The position numbers were made by a program, and so were the translations under genes. DNA of 64,000 bases from Auanema rhodensis (lineage: Eukaryota > Animalia > Nematoda): assembly GCA_964057225.1 (NCBI GenBank), contig OZ059894.1, forward strand, positions 1,178,001 through 1,242,000, read 5' to 3'. Each line of letters opens with the position of its first letter. Position 1 is the stretch's first letter. The notes beneath the pieces were generated by a model. It searched no databases. It saw nothing but the letters and a program-made list of their open reading frames with translations, and had not been told where the DNA came from. Of the stretch, positions 1 through 10,100 are shown in pieces.

Positions 1-45
1 AATGTTTTTCAACGAAAAAATTAATTCTTCAGGGTGAAAATCGAG

Positions 46-67
46 GATATAAGTGTGAACTTATATC
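46..67. other. Perfect 9-bp inverted repeat with 4-nt loop (most monomers)
   Basis: GATATAAGT-gtga-ACTTATATC. It overlaps a second dyad, ATATCA-gt-TGATAT, at 63-76. Confidence 0.92.
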
Positions 68-218
68 AGTTGATATCTCGGTGCATTTTTAAGCTAGCGC
101 AAATCTGATAACACGGATCGACGCAGCTTGAAAATCCGCATCGAATGCACTATACTACATTGAGAAACGCTTAATACAAAAATTAGTTATGATCGTTTGA
201 AAAATGATGCATTAGTGT

Positions 219-246
219 ATGTTGAGTTTCCATGTACACTCAACAT
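219..246. other. Perfect 9-bp inverted repeat with 10-nt loop (every monomer read)
   Basis: ATGTTGAGT-ttccatgtac-ACTCAACAT. Confidence 0.92.
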
Positions 247-1129
247 TGCTTCCAAAAACATTTTGACAAAAATTTTTTCGAAAAATTTCAAAATAATTTA
301 GCAAAAAGTAGATGTTTTTAGATTCCTTTTTTCAAGGCAAAGACGATGGACAATGTTTTTCAACGAAAAAATTAATTCTTCAGGGTGAAAATCGAGGATA
401 TAAGTGTGAACTTATATCAGTTGATATCTCGGTGCATTTTTAAGCTAGCGCAAATCTGATAACACGGATCGACGCAGCTTGAAAATCCGCATCGAATGCA
501 GTATACTACATTGAGAAACGCTTAATACAAAAATTAGTTATGATCGTTTGAAAAATGATGCATTAGTGTATGTTGAGTTTCCATGTACACTCAACATTGC
601 TTCCAAAAACATTTTGACAAAAATTTTTTCGAAAAATTTCAAAATAATTTAGCAAAAAGTAGATGTTTTTAGATTCCTTTTTTCAAGGAAAGACGATGGA
701 CAATGTTTTTCAACGAAAAAATTAATTCTTCAGGGTGAAAATCGAGGATATAAGTGTGAACTTATATCAGTTGATATCTCGGTGCATTTTATAGCTAGCG
801 CAAATCTGATAACACGGATCGACGCAGCTTGAAAATCCGCATCGAATGCACTATACTACATTGAGAAACGCTTAATACAAAAATTAGTTATGATCGTTTG
901 AAAAATGATGCATTAGTGTATGTTGAGTTTCCATGTACACTCAACATTGCTTCCAAAAACATTTTGACAAAAATGTTTTCGGAAAATTTCAAAATAATTT
1001 AGCAAAAAGTAGATGTTTTTAGATTCCTTTTTTCAAGGCAAAGACGATGGACAATGTTTTTCAACGAAAAAATTAATTCTTCAGGGTGAAAATCGAGGAT
1101 ATAAGTGTGAACTTATATCAGTTGATATC

Positions 1130-1196
1130 TCGGTGCATTTTTAAGCTAGCGCAAATCTGATAACACAGATCGACGCAGCTTAAAAATCCGCATCGA
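1130..1196. other. Long imperfect inverted repeat or hairpin at monomer positions 78-144 in every copy (majority-allele example shown)
   Basis: TCGGTGC/GCATCGA (7 bp, one G-T), CC bulge, ATTTTTAAGCT/AGCTTAAAAAT (11 bp perfect), A bulge, GCG/CGC, 3x3 internal loop, ATCTG/CAGAT (5 bp), loop ATAACA. Confidence 0.9.
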
Positions 1197-4100
1197 ATGC
1201 ACTATATTACATTGAGAAACGCTTAATACAAAAATTAGTTATGATCGTTTGAAAAATGATGCATTAGTGTATGTTGAGTTTCCATGTACACTCAACATTG
1301 CTTCCAAAAACATTTTGACAAAAATTTTTTCAAAAAATTTGAAAATAATTTAGCAAAAAGTAGATGTTTTTAGATTCCTTTTTTGAAAGCAAAAACGATG
1401 GACAATGTTATTCAACCAAAAAATTAATTCTTCAGGGTGAAAATCGAGGATATAAGTGTGAACTTATATCAGTTGATATCTCGGTGCATTTTTAAGCTAG
1501 CGCAAATCTGATAACAAAGATCGACGCAGCTTAAAAATCCGCATTGAATGCACTATACTACATTGAGAAACGCTCAATACAAAAATTAGTTATGATCGTT
1601 TGAAAAATGATGCATTAGTGTATGTTGAGTTTTCATGTACACTCAACATTGCTTCCAAAAACATTTTGACAAAAATTTTTTCAAAAAATTTCAAAATAAT
1701 TTAGCAAAAAGTAGATGTTTTTAGATTCCTTTTTTCAAGGCAAAAACGATGGACAATGTTATTCAACGAAAAAATTAATTCTTCAGGGTGAAAATCGAGG
1801 ATATAAGTGTGAACTTATATCAGTTGATATCTCGGTGCATTTTTAAGCTAGCGCAAATCTGATAACACAGATCGACGCAGCTTAAAAATCCGCATCGAAT
1901 GCACTGTACTACATTGAGAAACGCTTAATACAAAAATTAGTTATGATCGTTTGAAAAATGATGCATTAGTGTATGTTGAGTTTCCATGTACACTCAACAT
2001 TGCTTCCAAAAACATTTTGACAAAAATTTTTTCGAAAAATTTCAAAATAATTTAGCAAAAAGTAGATGGTTTTAAATTCCTTTTTTCAAGGCAAAGACGA
2101 TGGACAATGTTTTTCAACGAAAAAATTAATTCTTCAGGGTGAAAATCGAGGATATAAGTGTGAACTTATATCAGTTGATATCTCGGTGCATTTTTAAGCT
2201 AGCGCAAATCTGATAACACGGATCGACGCAGCTTAAAAATCCGCATCGAATGCACTATACTACATTGAGAAACGCTTAATACAAAAATTAATTATGATCG
2301 TTTGAAAAATGATGCATTAGTGTATGTTGAGTTTCCATGTACACTCAACATTGCTTCCAAAAACATTTTGACAAAAATTTTTTCGAAAAATTTCAAAATA
2401 ATTTAGCAAAAAGTAGATGTTTTTAGATTCCTTTTTTCAAGGCAAAGACGATGGACAATGTTTTTCAACGAAAAAATTAATTCTTCAGGGTGAAAATCGA
2501 GGATATAAGTGTGAACTTATATCAGTTGATATCTCGGTGCATTTTTAAGCTAGCGCAAATCTGATAACACAGATCGACGCAGCTTAAAAATCCGCATTGA
2601 ATGCACTATACTACATTGAGAAACGCTTTATACAAAAATTAGTTATGATCGTTTGAAAAATGATGCATTAGTGTATGTTGAGTTTCCATGTACACTCAAC
2701 ATTGCTTCCAAAAACATTTTGACAAAAATTTTTTCAAAAAATTTCAAAATAATTTAGCAAAAAGTAGATGTTTTTAGATTCCTTTTTTCAAGGCAAAGAC
2801 GATGGACAATGTTATTCAACGAAAAAATTAATTCTTCAGGGTGAAAATCGAGGATATAAGTGTGAACTTATATCAGTTGATATCTCGGTGCATTTTTAAG
2901 CTAGCGCAAATCTGATAACACAGATCGACGCAGCTTAAAAATCCGCATCGAATGCACTATACTACATTGAGAAACGCTTAATACAAAAATTAGTTATGAT
3001 CGTTTGAAAAATGATGCATTAGTGTATGTTGAGTTTCCATGTACACTCAACATTGCTTCCAAAAACATTTTGACAAAATTTTTTTCAAAAAATTTCAAAA
3101 TAATTTAGCAAAAAGTAGATGTTTTTAGATTCCTTTTTTCAAGGCAAAGACGATGGACGATGTTATTCAACGAAAAAATTAATTCTTCAGGGTGAAAATC
3201 GAGGATATAAGTGTGAACTTATATCAGTTGATATCTCGGTGCATTTTTAAGCTAGCGCAAATCTGATAACACAGATCGACGCAGCTTAAAAATCCGCATC
3301 GAATGCACTATATTACATTGAGAAACGCTTAATACAAAAATTAGTTATGATCGTTTGAAAAATGATGCATTAGTGTATGTTGAGTTTCCATGTACACTCA
3401 ACATTGCTTCCAAAAACATTTTGACAAAAATTTTTTCAAAAAATTTGAAAATAATTTAGCAAAAAGTAGATGTTTTTAGATTCTTTTTTTCAAAGCAAAA
3501 ACGATGGACAATGTTATTCAACGAAAAAATTAATTCTTCAGGGTGAAAATCGAGGATATAAGTGTGAACTTATATCAGTTGATATCTCGGTGCATTTTTA
3601 AGCTAGCGCAAATCTGATAACAAAGATCGACGCAGCTTAAAAATCCGCATTGAATGCACTATACTACATTGAGAAACGCTCAATACAAAAATTAGTTATG
3701 ATCGTTTGAAAAATGATGCATTAGTGTATGTTGAGTTTTCATGTACACTCAACATTGCTTCCAAAAACATTTTGACAAAAATTTTTTCAAAAAATTTCAA
3801 AATAATTTAGCAAAAAGTAGATGTTTTTAGATTTCTTTTTTTAAGGCAAAGACGATGGACAATGTTATTCAACGAAAAAATTAATTCTTCAGGGTGAAAA
3901 TCGAGGATATAAGTGTGAACTTATATCAGTTGATATCTCGGTGCATTTTTAAGCTAGCGCAAATCTGATAACACGGATCGACGCAGCTTGAAAATCCGCA
4001 TCGAATGCACTATACTACATTGAGAAACGCTTAATACAAAAATTAGTTATGATCGTTTGAAAAATGATGCATTAGTGTATGTTGAGTTTCCATGTACACT

Positions 4101-7100
4101 CAACATTGCTTCCAAAAACATTTTGACAAAAATTTTTTCGAAAAATTTCAAAATAATTTAGCAAACAGTAGATGTTTTTAGATTCCTTTTTTCAAGGCAA
4201 AGACGATGGACAATGTTTTTCAACGAAAAAATTAATTCTTCAGGGTGAAAATCGAGGATATAAGTGTGAACTTATATCAGTTGATATCTCGGTGCATTTT
4301 TAAGCTAGCGCAAATCTGATAACACAGATCGACGCAGCTTAAAAATCCGCATCGAATGCACTATACTACATTGAGAAACGCTTAATACAAAAATTAGTTA
4401 TGATCGTTTGAAAAATGATGCATTAGTGTATGTTGAGTTTCCATGTACACTCAACATTGCTTCCAAAAACATTTTGACAAAAATTTTTTCAAAAAATTTC
4501 AAAATAATTTAGCAAAAAGTAGATGTTTTTAGATTTCTTTTTTCAAGGCAAACACGATGGACAATGTTTTTCAACGAAAAAATTAATTCTTCAGGGTGAA
4601 AATCGAGGATATAAGTGTGAACTTATATCAGTTGATATCTCGGTGCATTTTTAAGCTAGCGCAAATCTGATAACAAAGATCGACGCAGCTTAAAAATCCG
4701 CATTGAATGCACTATACTACATTGAGAAACGCTTGATACAAAAATTAGTTATGATCGTTTGAAAAATGATGCATTAGTGTATGTTGAGTTTCCATGTACA
4801 CTCAACATTGCTTCCAAAAACATTTTGACAAAAATTTTTTCAAAAAATTTCAAAATAATTTAGCAAAAAGTAGATGTTTTTAGATTTCTTTTTTCAAGGC
4901 AAACACGATGGACAATGTTTTTCAACGAAAAAATTAATTCTTCAGGGTGAAAATCGAGGATATAAGTGTGAACTTATATCAGTTGATATCTCGGTGCATT
5001 TTTAAGCTAGCGCAAATCTGATACCACAGATCGACGCAGCTTAAAAATTCGCATCGAATGCACTATACTACATTGAGAAACGCTTAATACAAAAATTAGT
5101 TATGATCGTTTGAAAAATGATGCATTAGTGTATGTTGAGTTTCCATGTACACTCAACATTGCTTCCAAAAACATTTTGACAAAAATTTTTTCAAAAAATT
5201 TCAAAATAATTTAGCAAAAAGTAGATGTTTTTAGACTTCTTTTTTCAAGGCAAACACGATGGACAATGTTTTTCAACGAAAAAATTAATTCTTCAGGGTG
5301 AAAATCGAGGATATAAGTGTGAAATTATATCAGTTGATATCTCGGTGCATTTTTAAGCTAGCGCAAATCTGATAACAAAGATCGACGCAGCTTAAAAATC
5401 CGCATTGAATGCACTATACTACATTGAGAAACGCTCAATACAAAAATTAGTTATGATCGTTTGAAAAATGATGCATTAGTGTATGTTGAGTTTCCATGTA
5501 CACTCAACATTGCTTCCAAAAACATTTTGACAAAAATTTTTTCAAAAAATTTCAAAATAATTTAGCAAAAAGTAGATGTTTTTAGATTCCTTTTTTCAAG
5601 GCAAAGACGATGGACAATGTTATTCATCGAAAAAATTAATTCTTCAGGGTGAAAATCGAGGATATAAGTGTGAACTTATATCAGTTGATATCTCGGTGCA
5701 TTTTTAAGCTAGCGCAAATCTGATACCACAGATCGACGCAGCTTAAAAATTCGCATCGAATGCACTATACTACATTGAGAAACGCTTAATACAAAAATTA
5801 GTTATGATCGTTTGAAAAATGATGCATTAGTGTATGTTGAGTTTCCATGTACACTCAACATTGCTTCCAAAAACATTTTGACAAAAATTTTTTGAAAAAA
5901 TTTCAAAATAATTTAGCAAAAAGTAGATGTTTTTAGATTTCTTTTTTCAAGGCAAACACGATGGACAATGTTTTTCAACGAAAAAATTAATTCTTCAGGG
6001 TGAAAATCGAGGATATAAGTGTGAAATTATATCAGTTGATATCTCGGTGCATTTTTAAGCTAGCGCAAATCTGATAACAAAGATCGACGCAGCTTAAAAA
6101 TCCGCATTGAATGCACTATACTACATTGAGAAACGCTCAATACAAAAATTAGTTATGATCGTTTGAAAAATGATGCATTAGTGTATGTTGAGTTTCCATG
6201 TACACTCAACATTGCTTCCAAAAACATTTTGACAAAAATTTTTTCAAAAAATTTCAAAATAATTTAGCAAAAAGTAGATGTTTTTAGATTCCTTTTTTCA
6301 AGGCAAAGACGATGGACAATGTTATTCATCGAAAAAATTAATTCTTCAGGGTGAAAATCGAGGATATAAGTGTGAACTTATATCAGTTGATATCTCGGTG
6401 CATTTTTAAGCTAGCGCAAATCTGATACCACAGATCGACGCAGCTTAAAAATCCGCATCGAATGCACTATACTACATTGAGAAACGCTTAATACAAAAAT
6501 TAGTTATGATCGTTTGAAAAATGATGCATTAGTGTATGTTGAGTTTCCATGTACACTCAACATTGCTTCCAAAAACATTTTGACAAAAATTTTTTCGAAA
6601 AATTTCAAAATAATTTAGCAAAAAGTAGATGTTTTTAGATTCCTTTTTTCAAGGCAAAGACGATGGACAATGTTTTTCAACGAAAAAATTAATTCTTCAG
6701 GGTGAAAATCGAGGATATAAGTGTGAACTTATATCAGTTGATATCTCGGTGCATTTTTAAGCTAGCGCAAATCTGATAACACGGATCGACGCAGCTTGAA
6801 AATCCGCATCGAATGCACTATACTACATTGAGAAACGCTTAATACAAAAATTAGTTATGATCGTTTGAAAAATGATGCATTAGTGTATGTTGAGTTTCCA
6901 TGTACACTCAACATTGCTTCCAAAAACATTTTGACAAAAATTTTTTCGAAAAATTTCAAAATAATTTAGCAAAAAGTAGATGTTTTTAGATTCCTTTTTT
7001 CAAGGCAAAGACGATGGACAATGTTTTTCAACGAAAAAATTAATTCTTCAGGGTGAAAATCGAGGATATAAGTGTGAACTTATATCAGTTGATATCTCGG

Positions 7101-10100
7101 TGCATTTTTAAGCTAGCGCAAATCTGATAACACGGATCGACGCAGCTTGAAAATCCGCATCGAATGCAGTATACTACATTGAGAAACGCTTAATACAAAA
7201 ATTAGTTATGATCGTTTGAAAAATGATGCATTAGTGTATGTTGAGTTTCCATGTACACTCAACATTGCTTCCAAAAACATTTTGACAAAAATTTTTTCGA
7301 AAAATTTCAAAATAATTTAGCAAAAAGTAGATGTTTTTAGATTCCTTTTTTCAAGGCAAAGACGATGGACAATGTTTTTCAACGAAAAAATTAATTCTTC
7401 AGGGTGAAAATCGAGGATATAAGTGTGAACTTATATCAGTTGATATCTCGGTGCATTTTTAAGCTAGCGCAAATCTGATAACACGGATCGACGCAGCTTG
7501 AAAATCCGCATCGAATGCACTATACTACATTGAGAAACGCTTAATACAAAAATTAGTTATGATCGTTTGAAAAATGATGCATTAGTGTATGTTGAGTTTC
7601 CATGTACACTCAACATTGCTTCCAAAAACATTTTGACAAAAATTTTTTCGAAAAATTTCAAAATAATTTAGCAAAAAGTAGATGTTTTTAGATTCCTTTT
7701 TTCAAGGCAAAGACGATGGACAATGTTTTTCAACGAAAAAATTAATTCTTCAGGGTGAAAATCGAGGATATAAGTGTGAACTTATATCAGTCGATATCTC
7801 GGTGCATTTTTAAGCTAGCGCAAATCTGATAACACGGATCGACGCAGCTTGAAAATCCGCATCGAATGCAGTATACTACATTGAGAAACGCTTAATACAA
7901 AAATTAGTTATGATCGTTTGAAAAATGATGCATTAGTGTATGTTGAGTTTCCATGTACACTCAACATTGCTTCCAAAAACATTTTGACAAAAATTTTTTC
8001 GAAAAATTTCAAAATAATTTAGCAAAAAGTAGATGTTTATAAATTCCTTTTTTCAAGGCAAAGACGATGGACAATGTTTTTCAACGAAAAAATTAATTCT
8101 TCAGGGTGAAAATCGAGGATATAAGTGTGAACTTATATCAGTTGATATCTCGGTGCATTTTTAAGCTAGCGCAAATCTGATAACACGGATCGACGCAGCT
8201 TAAAAATCCGCATCGAATGCACTATACTACATTGAGAAACGCTTAATACAAAAATTAATTATGATCGTTTGAAAAATGATGCATTAGTGTATGTTGAGTT
8301 TCCATGTACACTCAACATTGCTTCCAAAAACATTTTGACAAAAATTTTTTCAAAAAATTTCAAAATAATTTAGCAAAAAGTAGATGTTTTTAGATTCCTT
8401 TTTTCAAGGCAAAGACGATGGACAATGTTATTCAACGAAAAAATTAATTCTTCAGGGTGAAAATCGAGGATATAAGTGTGAACTTATATCAGTTGATATC
8501 TCGGTGCATTTTTAAGCTAGCGCAAATCTGATAACACAGATCGACGCAGCTTAAAAATCCGCATCGAATGCACTATACTACATTGAGAAACGCTTAATAC
8601 AAAAATTAGTTATGATCGTTTGAAAAATGATGCATTAGTGTATGTTGAGTTTCCATGTACACTCAACATTGCTTCCAAAAACATTTTGACAAAATTTTTT
8701 TCAAAAAATTTCAAAATAATTTAGCAAAAAGTAGATGTTTTTAGATTCCTTTTTTCAAGGCAAAGACGATGGACGATGTTATTCAACGAAAAAATTAATT
8801 CTTCAGGGTGAAAATCGAGGATATAAGTGTGAACTTATATCAGTTGATATCTCGGTGCATTTTTAAGCTAGCGCAAATCTGATAACACAGATCGACGCAG
8901 CTTAAAAATCCGCATCGAATGCACTATATTACATTGAGAAACGCTTAATACAAAAATTAGTTATGATCGTTTGAAAAATGATGCATTAGTGTATGTTGAG
9001 TTTCCATGTACACTCAACATTGCTTCCAAAAACATTTTGACAAAAATTTTTTCAAAAAATTTGAAAATAATTTAGCAAAAAGTAGATGTTTTTAGATTCT
9101 TTTTTTCAAAGCAAAAACGATGGACAATGTTATTCAACGAAAAAATTAATTCTTCAGGGTGAAAATCGAGGATATAAGTGTGAACTTATATCAGTTGATA
9201 TCTCGGTGCATTTTTAAGCTAGCGCAAATCTGATAACAAAGATCGACGCAGCTTAAAAATCCGCATTGAATGCACTATACTACATTGAGAAACGCTCAAT
9301 ACAAAAATTAGTTATGATCGTTTGAAAAATGATGCATTAGTGTATGTTGAGTTTTCATGTACACTCAACATTGCTTCCAAAAACATTTTGACAAAAATTT
9401 TTTCAAAAAATTTCAAAATAATTTAGCAAAAAGTAGATGTTTTTAGATTCCTTTTTTCAAGGCAAAAACGATGGACAATGTTATTCAACGAAAAAATTAA
9501 TTCTTCAGGGTGAAAATCGAGGATATAAGTGTGAACTTATATCAGTTGATATCTCGGTGCATTTTTAAGCTAGCGCAAATCTGATAACACAGATCGACGC
9601 AGCTTAAAAATCCGCATCGAATGCACTATACTACATTGAGAAACGCTTAATACAAAAATTAGTTATGATCGTTTGAAAAATGATGCATTAGTGTATGTTG
9701 AGTTTCCATGTACACTCAACATTGCTTCCAAAAACATTTTGACAAAAATTTTTTCGAAAAATTTCAAAATAATTTAGCAAAAAGTAGATGTTTTTAAATT
9801 CCTTTTTTCAAGGCAAAGACGATGGACAATGTTTTTCAACGAAAAAATTAATTCTTCAGGGTGAAAATCGAGGATATAAGTGTGAACTTATATCAGTTGA
9901 TATCTCGGTGCATTTTTAAGCTAGCGCAAATCTGATAACACGGATCGACGCAGCTTAAAAATCCGCATCGAATGCACTATACTACATTGAGAAACGCTTA
10001 ATACAAAAATTAATTATGATCGTTTGAAAAATGATGCATTAGTGTATGTTGAGTTTCCATGTACACTCAACATTGCTTCCAAAAACATTTTGACAAAAAT

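Larger units (their letters stand above)
1..351. repeat. Representative monomer (arbitrary phase), AT-rich with many A/T tracts
   Basis: Hand count gives 112 G+C out of 351 and about 16 homopolymeric A or T runs of 4-6 nt, concentrated at monomer positions 254-332. Confidence 0.97.

Noticed and set aside
1-45. Hammerhead ribozyme, as known from newt, schistosome and cave-cricket satellites; the minus strand has CTGAAGA followed later by GAAA
   Set aside because: No stem II can form between CUGAAGA and GAAA (attaattttttcgtt), and I could not build a stem I/III arrangement. The + strand CTGATAA lacks the conserved G. An Infernal search with Rfam hammerhead models would settle it.
5-204. Internal dimer structure (two ~175-bp subunits), hinted by TTTTTCAACGA versus TCGTTTGAAAAA
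   Set aside because: This is only a short inverted match with a bulge. I could not extend any direct or inverted alignment between the halves by eye, so a self dot-plot is needed.
276-292. CENP-B box (TTCG....A..CGGG)
   Set aside because: TTCG and the A are present in some monomers, but the CGGG part is absent.
1-351. Assignment to a named satellite (e.g. Drosophila 359-bp or Tribolium ~350-bp families) or to 5S/tRNA repeat units
   Set aside because: Only length and AT content are similar. I recognise no diagnostic sequence, Pol III boxes or cloverleaf, and cannot run a search.
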